From the NCBI GenBank assembly GCA_951406725.2, contig OX597818.1, positions 16,430,001 through 16,494,000 on the forward strand: a DNA stretch of 64,000 bases, written 5' to 3'. The stretch is from Octopus vulgaris. Its lineage: Eukaryota. Shown here in pieces: positions 1 through 14,840 of this stretch. The position numbers were made by a program, and so were the translations under genes. Each line of letters starts with the position of its first letter. Positions within the stretch are counted from its first letter, which is position 1. Below the pieces are notes generated by a model. That model saw only the letters and a program-made list of their open reading frames with translations, was not told the DNA's origin and made no database searches.

Positions 1-727
1 AGATTTGAATATTCAGAGTAGACTTTAATGTTTAATAAACAATATTCGTTGCAGGTGAAATTTTCCATTTTCATTTGCAACAGTCTCTCACTCTCTCTCG
101 CCTCTATTTTCATTGATGATAATTTAATATATATTCATTTCAATATTTTCATTTCAATTTTTAATTCGCTATTTGCAAATCCTACAGTTTATTCTATATA
201 CGTAATTTTTAAAAAAATTATTTAATGAATGAATGAATGCTATTAGACAAAATAGCTGTATAACTTTAAAGCTTATGTTAATATCAGTTTCCGGAATTTG
301 TTAAATGAATAATTTTGATAAAATGAAAATTTCTTAATATACCGGCATAAATTTTTTAATAAATAAAGAAGAGATTTTGTTGGTGGCTGTTTGGAACGCT
401 ATAAGCCTTCCAATAATAAGCATGTGATCGCTGCTACTTCCAGCACGCTAAACGTAGTTGGGTTACCTTGAAGATTCTTTAAATGAGAGGTATATTACAA
501 CAACGATAAATTACTGGAAGAAATATTTACTAAGCAACACTCCTAGTTTGGTTTCATTATTACACAAATATCACTTTGGAATTTTGTGTCCAAAAAAATT
601 TGCGACTGAAAATATCAATGTGAAAATATTGTCAAGTGGCTAGCAGAAAACCACCCGGAGGGCAATCTTTCTGCAAGTGGGATTAATATTGGAAATAATT
701 TCATTATTTTAATAGGCTGGTGGCAGA

Positions 728-1020
728 AAGTTGGCAGAATTGTTTGCATGCCGGATAAAATGCTTTGTAGTGTTTTTGTCTGTCTTTATATACTATTTTC
801 AAATTCCACCGAGATCGGCTTATTTTTTCGGGGTCAACAAAAACTTCTATCTTTTAGTCGTTTCAGTCGTTATACTGCGGCTCTGCTAGGACCCCACCTT
901 TAGCTTTTAGTCGAATGAATCAACCCTTATACTTATTTTTAAGCCCAGTACTCATTCTGTCGATCACTTTGCCCAACCGTTAATTTATGGTAATGCAGTC
1001 ACACAAACACCAGTTGTCAT
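728..1020. mobile_element. Degenerate tRNA-derived SINE head (+) followed by a SINE/RTE-type tail fragment (-)
   Basis: ttggcagaattgtttgcatgccggataaaatgc...ttcaaattccaccgag resembles the reverse complement of the SINE at 37545-37770. The same pair is at 14470-14710; the SINE head is mirrored at 54685-54800. Confidence 0.55.
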
Positions 1021-1729
1021 ATATATATATATATATATTTTTTTTGTTTCCTTGTCCTGTCTTTTACTGTTTTTATCGTTATTTATACTGTTTTTTTCTT
1101 CATTTGTATTGCTTTTACGTCCTGTTCTTGTCACTTTTTTTTTATTTTACCCCTCCGCAAATGAATCTTATTTAATTCATTTTGCGGGAAGGATTGCTTC
1201 GGTGTTGTCGTGTTCTGCCCTTACCTTCGAAACAAGCATTGAGTCGAAACAGGGGCAGCTGAAGAAGGGGAATTTTCCTTGTGTTGTTTGTCTTGTACTC
1301 TGTTTTTTCGTTGTTAAAAAAAGTCCTTTTACTTGTTTGGTTTTATGTTATCGTTTCTCGTTGTGTTCTACGTTTATTTGTGGTGTCCTGTACTCATATA
1401 TGCATGTATATATACATATAGATGTAGGTACGTACATATATGTATGTATGCATATGTTTTATTTATTAAATTGTTATTATATATATGCACACACATATAT
1501 ATCAGTAAACAAACAGGGAGTATCAAGGATTGAATAGAAAGAACACAACAAAGAAAAAATTTAACGGAAACACAGCAAACAGAAAACTAAGGAATCCGTG
1601 ACAAGAGTAAAATTAGACGAAAACATAACCAACGGAAAATTCGACAAAAACATGGAACATCGAAAATTTGTAGCAGATTTCCTCATCAGTGAATGTCCAA
1701 ATTATCCTGGTGGTTTCTCTCTTTGTGTC

Positions 1730-3150
1730 AAAAAATGACTACTAAATATTACTTATATCAGCGCTTAAATTTTTTTTGAAAAGGATACATTGGCTATAAT
1801 AATTTCGAGTGGGCATTACGCCTTTGTAGACAGGATAGTGGTCGGAGATGGAACATTTTGTACAATAGAACTACTTGTTCAAACTTACCTTTCAGCTAAA
1901 CAATAGCAACAATACCAACGACGGTGACCACAACAACAGCAATAACAATAGTAAGAAATGTTTTCTTACCTTTTGTGAGCGAGTCACTTCTCAAACACGA
2001 AAATGTAATTTTGTTCGCTTTCTTGGTTAAAATAAATGTGCGATAAGATAGTTGGTCTGCACAATAATAACTTTAGTTTGATTTAATGGCTTTAAATACA
2101 GACATAAATACATAGATACATACATTCATATTTATATACACACATATATACATATATGAATATATACATACATAACCTAGACAACGACAATGCTCTCTGA
2201 GTATATTAGTTGCAAACAACTTGCAGAAAGAAGTGCTAACAGTTAGATATCACAGATGCCAGATACTACCTGATGTATGAGGTCATCAAGAGAGAAGGCA
2301 CATCGTTCTGAGAACTTTCTTTCGCGGGTGTTATTGCACATTGACCCCACTTACAGAGATAAGGCCCCGCTTACTAGAGCAACTGTTTCATGTGGTATTC
2401 TTCTAGCCACTTAGTATAAAGGGGGGGAGATATGTGTAAGAATGTATTTACATAGGTAGACGTGTATATGTCTGCATGTCGTGAGTGTTTTTGTATGTAT
2501 GCATATATGGGCACACACACACACTCATATATATGTGTGTGTAAACGCTCTAAGTTAAGTCATATTTAGGCAATGCATATAATTAAGGCTAAAGTATCTT
2601 CCTGGTTGCTAACAAAAATTTAATTAGCCTTTACTATTTAATTGAAATAATACTCTTTTTTAAACAATGGTGGTGAAACTTAATAGACATTTTCAATGTT
2701 TTAGGTGCCTAATATCCATGTATGGATATGTTTAAAATTTCACACTCATATATATATGAGTGTGAAATTTTAAACATATCCATACATTTTCCCTTTGTCA
2801 CTACTATACCTTTATTAAATAGGACTTAACTGATATCAAGTATCCTGTTTACATTATACCTTCTCATGTCCAAAATATTAGGCACCTGAAACATTGAAAA
2901 TGTCTATTAAGTTTCACCGCCATTATTTAAAAAACAGTATTATTTCTATTAAATAGCAAAGGCTAATTAAATTTTTCTTAGCAACCAGGAAGATACTTCA
3001 GCCTTAATTATATGCATTGCCTAAATATGATCTAACTTAGAGCGTTTACTCACAGTTATAGAACGATAATACACACACAATAACGTCTTAGAATGCATTC
3101 TAAATATACGAGGTGGTATCAAAATATTCCCGGACTAGTTATCTTCTTAT
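1730..3150 (-). repeat. Paralogous upstream/intron-1 block of the membrane-protein gene family
   Basis: Direct similarity to 16500-17870 and partly 38820-39080; reverse complement of ~53770-54680. Confidence 0.85.
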
Positions 3151-3506
3151 ATAATAACACGTTTAGTGTGACCCTGTCTTTCACGCTGTACGCTGTAGGT
3201 AAAAAAAGTAGTAAAACAACACACGAAGTGGCAGTGAGTGGTAGTCAGAGATGCTAAAGCAGACAGACAATATTTAAAGGCTCTACTCGGAAGACGCTAG
3301 GGAAAGACGAGTGACAGTCTGAGGCGGCGACAGTCAGAGGTGAGCTCTGAATTCCCCACAATGAAAATGAAATCAAATTTTCATCGTAAATTATATCTCT
3401 CGATTTCACAAGCACACACACACACACACACACACGCACACATTTACACACACACACGCGCATTTGTATGCACATGCATAGATATATATACATAGGTATG
3501 TGCATG

Positions 3507-3556
<50 letters not shown>

Positions 3557-4173
3557 AGGTTTTGGTATCCAGAAGACCTAAGATGGCAGGTAAGGCTATG
3601 AAAGTGCTATGGAAGGATAATAGACCTCCGGTCCGATAATATAAATTTTAAACAGCGATACGCTGCGCATCTCAATTCTTTTAGAGATGAGAAACACAGT
3701 AAACCCACAACCCACGCCAGTCGCATACATCATCACAAAAATAGGAATATTACATATAACTTATGATGGTCCATAATAGATTCAGGGCTTTCATACCAAG
3801 GTCACGCTCAGCCTGCAAGTTATATCTAAAAGAAGCATTCAACATATTAAAGCATCACTTTTCAATACTACTAAATAAATATAACGAGACCCTAGGTACA
3901 TACAACCACCGCTTTTTTTCATACCTTCAAATTTTACCTCAGATCTAAATGCAACCTAAATCACTACACTGTACATATATCGAACACCCTTTAGACAATC
4001 TCCAGGAGCCCAATTCGACTTTCCAATGTCTTAATTTTTTAACTTTTCAATTTTTTTATTGTTTAACTATAAATTATAAACAGCAATACCATGCGCATCT
4101 CAGTTCTTTTAGATTGGTTTCCGGTATGCGGAAATTTAGATTGGTAGCACTTGCACAAAGTTGTTTGCAAAAC

Positions 4174-4219
<46 letters not shown>

Positions 4220-4416
4220 GTATATATACAATTTTATAATTATGAGTATAATTATAATTAGGGTTCAGCAAAAATTTGCTTCACCACATAAAGAAATTTA
4301 GAAATAGCAGTTAAAGCTAACTATCTCACTACCCTAAGAAAATCTCCCAGACAGCAATACTCAACAACACACCCAGGTAAAGAGAAACAAATAACGAATC
4401 CACCCGGCTATGATTA

Positions 4417-4499
4417 ACTATATACGCGTTTCGGAGCTAGACAGATGTGAAAAATGTAAAATCATATTTCCACTCTATCATTCTCCTCTTCAGTACAGT
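4417..4499 (-). ncRNA. Minimal type I hammerhead ribozyme-like motif in a Penelope-type repeat
   Basis: Minus strand reads actgta-CTGAAGA-ggag...ctcc-GAAA-cgcg-TA-tatagt: stem I, core, stem II and a palindromic stem III. Confidence 0.65.
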
Positions 4500-4712
4500 A
4501 ATTCAAGATTTTAAATTTGAGAGCAGCACTGCAAAAATTAAACATGCCTTATCTGACCAGGCGACATCAGACAACATACATCTAACGACCAGTACTTCCG
4601 AATTCAAACAGAATTATGCTCATAATTATAAACTTGTATGTATCGAAACATTTGTAACGATTAAAAAGTTGCCTAACCATACTTACTCTTCCTTTTGACT
4701 CTTTTAATTTTT

Positions 4713-4806
<94 letters not shown>

Positions 4807-4809
4807 CTT

Positions 4810-6080
<1,271 letters not shown>

Positions 6081-6230
6081 CCTGTTCAAAGTATGTTTTT
6101 ACCTTTTCATATTATATTCGCTATCTGTTATCTTCTTCTTCTTCTTCTTCTTCTTCTTCTTCTTCTTCTTCTTCTTCTTCTTCTTCTCCTCCTCACTGCT
6201 ATTACTCTTATTATTGTTATTATTATTATT

Positions 6231-6756
6231 GAGTGAGAGAGCAGTGCATGCCATCAAAGTGACACTAGAGTAAAATATATGAAGCCCAGTATACTCATCA
6301 TGACTATCCGTCTAATAAGGGTACAGTAGGCACATGCATTATACCCATATGTACGTGACATGGTAATCTCATATCAAGATAAGCAGTGCATGACCTTGCA
6401 GGTGGGGCTCAGAATTTTCTTCAGGTCGAGTAGCCCATCCCGCTTAAAAGGTCCCTGAATAAGGAATGAAACACCCATGTTTCCAGAAGTGAATTATTCA
6501 AACCCCAAAGAATTCCTCTCAACACATGGCTATGATGCTCCCCCACTACTTCTGCTCATGATCAGAGATGCAAATATCGCCAGCCATTAATGGACATGTT
6601 TAACTGGTTGGGGTCAAAGAACTGACAAGGAAATCTGTGGTATTGAGGAGAATATTTGCTGTAGCCCATTTTTATACCAAGACAAAACAATGTTCCTGAT
6701 AACACTTCCAATCAGTTAAGATCAGAAGCCATGAGAATCACTGCCTAGTACTGCAT
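6231..6756 (-). mobile_element. ~530-bp non-coding TAA-tailed retroposed element
   Basis: Same family as 31303-31793, 31853-32135 and 50096-50623; flanked by (TTA)n. Confidence 0.8.
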
Positions 6757-6772
6757 ATTATTATTATTATTC

Positions 6773-6996
6773 AGCAGTTTTATTTTTATAATATGCTTTC
6801 ACTGCATTACCGAGCGCAGCTCTGTGTGCCTTAGGTATGTGCTGTGGTTTGCCGTGATGCTCTTATGGTAATTGTATTGAAAGCGTTTTATGCAGGATAT
6901 GTGCAGTGCCTAGTAGTACTATTTTCTGTATGTTATATATCATTTTTAGTCCTGGTGTTTTTGTTATGTATTTGTCTGAATGTTTTTTATCATACC

Positions 6997-6997
<1 letters not shown>
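6773..6997 (-). mobile_element. 5'-truncated 3' end of the R4/Dong-like LINE
   Basis: Reverse complement matches ~30975-31195 (KTPGL...QKI.LLGTAHIL and the 3'UTR); (TTA)n on both sides. Confidence 0.85.
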
Positions 6998-7053
<56 letters not shown>

Positions 7054-7089
7054 TATTATTATTATCATTATTATTATTGTTGTTATTAA

Positions 7090-8040
7090 GGCTTACAGTA
7101 TCGTAGATATCGATAGACCTATATCTTAAAAAAGTCTTATCTTATATGTCTCAATTTGGTTTTTAAAATGCTTATTCAAGATGAATAATGCATCATCCCT
7201 GTATAGACCACCTCCTAGCTCAGGAAATTCCCTACTTATTGTAAACAGCATATACATACCCATCAGATTAGTGACTTGTGCTGAATCCATTGATCCCATA
7301 GTTATATCGAAGTTATCATTTTTATCCTTCCTTAACCAGTCCTTATTCCGAAATTTTATAATTGATTTTCTTGCCGCTAAACTTACGTTTGTTTCTTCAT
7401 GGTTAGTGCAGAGTTTTTCTTAGCAAATAAAAGCTTTGTTAAGTAGGATGGACTTTATAGATGAGTAATAGCTATTTATGTAGATTTGTATAAATTTATT
7501 TATATATTTATTATCTATCTTATTAAACCAATTGATTACTTCATATGAGCTAGACCAAAAAGTTAGTTTAATTATAATTCTTAAAGTGGATATATATTTA
7601 TCCATGATCATCTAACTAATCTCACCAAAGTCTGATTCCGAGAGGCATATGAGACTTACATTAAGCTTAGTCCTGAAATTAGGATTGTGGTCCTTAATGA
7701 TAATTCTTGACATTCTGAGTTCATAAGGTTCTGTCTTCTTGGCTATCTTATATTTTTCCATTGCATACTTCTTAGGTTGTTGCTGTTTGCTACTTTATAG
7801 TTCTTAGTTATTTCTTCCTTAAGAAGTATTTGATACTAAGGAATGCTTATATTAGAAAGGATACCTGTCTTTTTTTGGCATAAACCAGTGCGCCTTTCTT
7901 CCTTAGTACTTTTATAATAGAGTGGAATTTCCTTAGAGGTTCCTTTCTAGGTAGAGGGAATTTATTACGGTTAATAAATTTAATATTCTTGACTATATAC
8001 CTAGCAACCTAATTTGAAAAGGTAATTGTAAAATTTACCT
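7090..8040 (-). mobile_element. Penelope-like element reverse transcriptase fragment
   Basis: Minus-strand translation NFDITMGSMDSAQVTNLMGMYML...GGLYRDDALF matches the PLE RT motifs FDVTMGS.DGAE and LYRDD. Confidence 0.85.
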
Positions 8041-8235
8041 TTTATATATATACACACACACACACATATATATATATATGTATATATATGTATATATATA
8101 TGAATATATATATGTATATGTATATATATATTTATATATATATATATGAATATATATATGTATATGTATATATATTTACATATATATATATATATGTATG
8201 TATATGCATATATATATGTATACATATATATGTAC

Positions 8236-8269
<34 letters not shown>

Positions 8270-8406
8270 CGATGTATATGTACGTGTATATATATGTATA
8301 TATGAATTTGTATGTATATATATGTATGCATGTATATATATTTATATATATATATGTCTACATCTATATATATACAGTATACGTACATGTATAAATGCAT
8401 ATATGT

Positions 8407-8497
<91 letters not shown>
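8040..8497. repeat. (TA)n/(TG)n compound microsatellite
   Basis: Direct inspection. Confidence 0.95.
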
Positions 8498-8502
<5 letters not shown>

Positions 8503-9027
8503 CCAAACTGTACGTACGCTGCCATATGTATATAAAAAGGAATACAAAAAAGGACAACAAAACATCCAGACAGATTAAACAAAAGAGGGACAAGAAAAAA
8601 ACACGGACGGGTCATTCGAAATTCGATTGAGGAAAGAAAACATTGAATGACCTGTCTGTCTTTTTTCTTCTCCCTCTTTTGTATCATCTAAGTGGATGTT
8701 TTGCATTCTTTTCCCCTTTTTTGTATTCCTCTCGCTCTCTCTATGTATATATATATATATTAATTTAATAATTAACAAATTTCACTATGTAGCTACGGTA
8801 TGAAAAAAAAAACCATAATCGGTAAAAACTTATACAAAAAGCTTTTTTATAATTATAAATATAATTAAGGGTTTAGCAAAAAGTTGCTTTACCACATACC
8901 GAAAATTTAGAAATAGCAGTTAAAAACCGCTAATTCTTTTAACTACAATATATCTCCATAGACCGCAATACTTGTAACTCACATAGGCAACAAGGAAAAA
9001 AATCGAAATCAACCAGTCTTACGATTA

Positions 9028-9084
9028 ATTATGTACGCGTTTCGGGATTAGAATTTTAAAATTCATTTCCCTCATCAGCATGAT
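9028..9084 (-). ncRNA. Minimal type I hammerhead ribozyme-like motif
   Basis: Minus strand reads atcatg-CTGATGA-ggga...tccc-GAAA-cgcg-TA-cataat, a canonical core. It lies in a repeat (8840-9185) homologous to 4235-4605. Confidence 0.7.
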
Positions 9085-9195
9085 ATTTCAAGATTATAAA
9101 TTTGAAAATGCTAAACCTACCCGTTGCATCCTCGATCAAGCGACATCGAAACATAACATAAGATAGAACAGCACTTCCGGATTTATATAAATTTA

Positions 9196-9675
9196 TATAA
9201 ATTTAGAAAGTCTTACAGCTGTTTCCGGGATATTTCATATAACCCTTCATCGGAGACGGTGTGAGAAAATGGTTACACAATAGTTAATTTGGATAAGATA
9301 TGAAATAGTGAGTGAAGTGAAGCAATGAAAATAGACGTGAGATATGCATGGATATTGCATCTGTAGATCCATTATTTAGGCAGAATGGTATACACATAAG
9401 ATTTCAATACCTTGTGAGTAAGTTCCAATAGAATTTTTAAATACTATTGGAACTTACAAGGTACTGGAATCTTATATGTATACCATTCTGTCTAAACAAT
9501 GGATCTACAGATGCAATATCCATGTATATCTTACAACTATTTTCATTCCTCCACTTCACTCTCTATTTCATATCTTTCTAAATTAACTATTGCTTAACCA
9601 TTTTCTCGCATCGTCTCCGATTAAGGGATATATAAAATATCCCGGAAACAGCTGTTAGACATTCTATTTATAAAT
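9196..9675. repeat. ~480-bp imperfect palindrome with hammerhead-like motifs at both ends
   Basis: Arms are reverse complements around ~9437. Each end reads gtct-CCGATGA/CCGATTA-aggg...cccg-GAAA-cagctg-TA/TT-agac. Confidence 0.85.
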
Positions 9676-9779
9676 GTTCTAAAATCTTTCATAGCCTTGG
9701 ATTTTTATCTCATTCTGAAAATTATATATATATATATATATATAATTTTCAGAATGAGATAAAAATCCAAGGTTATGAA

Positions 9780-9835
<56 letters not shown>

Positions 9836-11797
9836 TAGGTCCTGGTAGGATATAAAGGTATTGTATCTCCTAAGGAGGTCTTAATGGACGACCTGACACT
9901 TCTATCTATAGACAAGCAAATCTTGCAGAGTGCCCTTACGAGGCTAGACAAGCTGATAAAGCAATACAGGGTGCGATTTAGAGCAAAAAAGACACGTATT
10001 CTAACATTCTGGACTATTAACACTGTCGGATTCCAGACTCATACCGAAATTCTTCAGGTGTAGAAAATCCCGGTTTCATGACCTTAAAAACGTTGTGTGG
10101 GTGTGCTGAAGAGTAAACTATAATACAAACAAGAAAACGAATAAATCATTTAATTCACCTTTAATGATTCGTTACAATTATTTTTGACTAACTTTTCTGT
10201 TAACAATTATTTACGTAAATAAATAATAAAGTTAAAATTTGTGTAACGTTTGCGGCTTTAGACATTCGAGTTGCACTTCGTCAGACTTGCATCAAAGGTG
10301 TGGCTCTTACGTTTTGCGTCGTCCAGACATGGCATTTTTTTTTTGCTTATATCGGGAGGAAACGATAGTATAGAGATCATGAGAGAAGGAGAAAAAGGAA
10401 AAATAACAAGAACTACGGACATTAATAAATGAGGAAAAGACAATATATAGCAAACCAGTGTATCTGGACTAAAGATTCTCAGAATGGTCAGTCAATACAA
10501 CATTATGACCGGTACAAAAATTCATTTGATGTGTGAGAAATTATTTCAGTTTAAGATTAAAAGTATGAGACGAATGAAACTGATGACAATGGTAAGAACT
10601 ATTGCCAGAAATACTTTAATTGAAAAGTGGTCAAAAAAGTTATAATCTATGTTAGTTTTGAACGAATATAGTTTAGATAAATTGATGATATATAAAATAG
10701 AGAAAATAGAGGAGATATAGGAAAATCAATTTGAAATTTAAAATTTTAGTATGTCCAAGAGCAGTGGCATAATTACAATAGCGAGTCGTATAAAATGTAG
10801 TAGATAAGATGCTTAGATTGAAAGTAAATACTTAGCTCATAATATAGATATGACAGCCCTATAAAGCAGACTGTAATAAAACACGATCAAGGTAAAAAGG
10901 GATAAGATAAAATATATAATGTATTAAGTTTGAAGGTTAAGTATAAGAGTTTAGAATTAGCAGAAATAAAAATGTTATGTAAGTTATACAGTAAGTTGCG
11001 AATTCTTTATAAATGGAATAGTAGATAAAGCCGTAGAGAGGGAAAATTGATAGTTAGCTAGTAATATGCATATAATGGGATTGGAGTAAAGCATAAATGT
11101 ATGAAGTTTAAAATCATAAATTTACAAGTAAAATATAAAAAATTGTAAATTATAAATTGAAAGTGACATACATCTTGGAACAAATGGCCCATATACAATC
11201 ACATAAGAAGGCCTTAATGAATAACCTGGCACTTCTATCTATAGACAAGCAAATCATGCAGAGTGCCCTTACGAGGCTAGATGAGCTGATGAAGCAATAA
11301 AGGATGCGATTTAGAGCAAAAAAGACACGTATTCTAACATTTATTAAGGCAGTGAAAAAATTAAATTAAAATTTAAAATAGCAAGAGAAAGTATCCCAAC
11401 AGTTAAAGAAGAACACGTAAAGAGCTTGGAGTGTATATAGGCTGGAACATTGCCAGAGAAGAGTTCCGGGATACAGATAATGAAAAATCCGGATGTAGAC
11501 TAACAGCAATTGATGAATCAAACTACTAGGGATGTAAAATATGGCGTTTTCATTTCGGCTTATATGTGCGACCTTCGTGGCCACTTTTAATATACGAGGT
11601 GGTACTATCACGAGTTCAAATCATTGAACAAAAGTGCAATGTAATCATTAGAACAGCTCAGCTCTTTATCGTAAAAGAGGCACGTTGCAGTTACCACTGA
11701 CATCAACAGTCGAAATTTATAAAACAGGGAAGATGCGAACAGTAATGATGCTAAGAGTATCGAGTGAGCTAAAAATCAGGCGTAATCTATCAGATTA

Positions 11798-14185
11798 CTA
11801 TGCACAGTAGTTAAAAGCGATGGAATAATTTCTGGAATATTGGAATAGTTTCAGTTTTCGAAAAATATTATTGATTTCATAACTTGCTCTCGGATTCATT
11901 TCATTTTCCAAATGTTTTGTTTCAATAACATTGTCTAACAGAGGTTTCTTAAAAGGAAATTTAGTAGTAATTTTCGACAAAAATTTAGGTATCGCAGAAG
12001 TCACCAACATCAAGGCAATCCGTGTGAATGTTGATAGACCCAAATCATTTCGACTTATTATGTTATTGCAAGCAAAGATAAAAAGATACGATTAGAAATA
12101 GTTTTACAATGGATTTACCAATCTCGTGTCTCAAGGGACAGTGTTTGTTAACGATTACTTTAAACAACTTGGCTTTAATGAATTCCTCTCCACATATTGA
12201 CAGAACTAAATCTGGGTGAACAGGTTTGGTTAACTGTATAAATTCAATGAGTATCGTGTGATACAGTTTCTGAATACCTTTCAATTCTATAAAACCGTAC
12301 ACGAAAAACATGGCAACAAAACATATATCGCTAGCAGTTTCAGGCTTGGCAAGTATTGCGATAGCTATTGAAAATATATAACTGCAAATGATTTGAAAAC
12401 TCACAAGAAATACGTAGCTTGAATAAAATGCCCATGCTATATGAATTGGCAATGACATCAACGATAAAATTACAATAACACACTTGAAAATATGACTACG
12501 TTTCTCATAGAGAGGTAAAATATACACTTTGAAATAACTTAATGGTAAAGTTAGAATCAAATATACGAAGGGGATTCCGTAATAAACGAGACACAGAAGA
12601 AATTCGCAGATAGAAAATACAGCAAATAAAATCACAATAAAAGGAAAAAAAAAAAAAATTTTGGAACATTTTTATCCCATTTTTTTTATACGTTTAATCC
12701 AAGTACTAAATAGTAAGTACCAGAAATCTGGGTTTGCAGCAACAGAAATATTAGCTTTCATTATTGCAAGGAGTCGATCATAATCCTGAAGTGCAGTAAC
12801 ATTCAAATTACCATACTACATTAAATTTTTTTATCTTTAATGAGAAATGTGCAAGTGGATTCTTGATATAATGCATTATAAGCAATAGCGTCACTTACAC
12901 GACTGAGAAGAACTAAGAGAATAAAGTTAACAATTATGTAACTGATTATCCCAACAATATGATTCAAAACAAAACTACCTGAAAGTTCATTACCTTTCGG
13001 GATTCCTAGAATGGAGGAGCGATAACCCAACGGAATACGATCGTGTGAAAATATTGTCAACGTTTCATATAAAAATAAGTAATACAGTAATAGATCCAGG
13101 AGAATTTCTGAGAGAGAGAAAGCAGAATAAGAAAGCCTCTTCTTAGTCTTGAAACAACAGTAGTCGAATAATGAAAGCAAAATAACCACGATGAAAAAAT
13201 GAGAAAAACTGCAAATATCATGTTTTACACAAATCCATTCCAATTTGTCTGGCAATGTGTGTTCAATTGTAAATTCATCGTGATGTAATTGTTGCTTGTT
13301 AGATTCAGAGGAATCTGGCGATGCGTGTTCAATTGACAATACGACTTCCTCGTCAGCTGATTGTTGCTGGTTAGGTTCACTGGAATTTGGCGATGTGTTT
13401 TTAGTTGGCAAAGAGTGGTTAGCTGATAGTGGTAATTTAGCTTCTGATACAAAACTGATGAATAATGGAAATATAACCCACAGAACTGCTCCAACAATAT
13501 TTGCACAATTGTCAAACATACTATTTTCAATGATACTTCCAGAACAAATGGATTTCGATTCGTAAGTGTGCTTATCATTTTCATGTAGTTCACAGCAATG
13601 GTTCTTCAGTATCTCTCGATTTATACCCAATCTTCTCTATGTTGATAACGTAGAAAGGCTGTTATTCCTCAAGCGACGCGACAAATTTATAAAAAAACAC
13701 ATATATCCAGATTCTCCCATCTGCAAGTTATCGATAAATACGATTCTCTTTAATTCTTCGAAAATCAAACTTACCGAATCGTATCTCCGAATATTTTGTT
13801 TTCCACAATTTATATCGACAACAATATTTAGAGAAGCAATGTAAAAGTCTAATATATTAAATTAATGAACTGAAAAATCAAAGAGGACATTTTTATACAT
13901 TACTAAACCATCTGGTTTATCTGGAATCCACATGAAATGCCTCGCATTTGCAAAATAATCCAGTGGTACAGGATTGAGAAGATCATCGAGCTTTTTATCA
14001 GCTATATGGACTTCAAAATTGAAAACCAGTTTGCCTGATTTTACTAACCGAGTTAAATTTTGACTGACATTAGGAGAAATTTTAATTTCACAATTATTTT
14101 CGAGGTTTTCCGCTTGTATGTTAATGATTGATGTCAGTGAGATAATAATGGTGATTGATAAAAGAAGTGCTTTTACAATTTTCAT
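11798..14185 (-). pseudogene. Disrupted paralog (copy A) of the 794-aa multi-pass membrane protein
   Basis: ORFs 13862..14185, 12821..13630, 12063..12635 and 11798..12043 are collinear with 56107..58491. In-frame stops at ~13862 (TAA) and ~13638 (TAG), plus frameshifts. Confidence 0.9.
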
Positions 14186-14750
14186 GACTGCCGTATTCAG
14201 TTATCTGTAATAAAGAAAAATTGAACACATAAACAAATGAAGGGTTAATTTTATTTGGCTTATTTCGTAACTATTTGAATTTGAGAATATTTATTCAAAA
14301 CCGAAGTTAAATGTCTTGTAGATTATTTAGTTTAGTTTTTGTTCATAATTTCGCTGAGATATTTTCGCATCAATACTTTGACACTTCCTCCCTTGAAGAT
14401 TAATATTTAGATTTCTTTGAGTAAAACAAAAAAATATACATTTTATATGGTATTTGATGGTTCTTAGAAGCTGGCAGAATTGTTTACATGCCGGATAAAA
14501 TGCTTTGTGATGTTTTGTCTGTCTTTATATACTTCAAATTTCGCTGAGGTCGTCTTATCCGTTCGGAGTCGATAAAAACTTCTTTAACTATTTTCAGCCA
14601 TTATACTGCAGCCCTGCTGGTGCCCACTTTGAGCTTTTAGTTGAATGAATCGACCCCAATACTTAATTTTTAAGCCTGGTACTTATTTTATCGATCAATT
14701 TGCCGAGCCACAAACATCTCCCCACACACACATCCAACCCACGTAAGTAT

Positions 14751-14839
<89 letters not shown>

Positions 14840-14840
<1 letters not shown>

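Noticed and set aside
8001-8778. Many YI/CV/poly-I/poly-L/poly-K/poly-E ORFs, here and at 26.8, 42.4, 49.6, 50.6 and 59.6 kb
   Set aside because: They are translations of di- and trinucleotide microsatellites.
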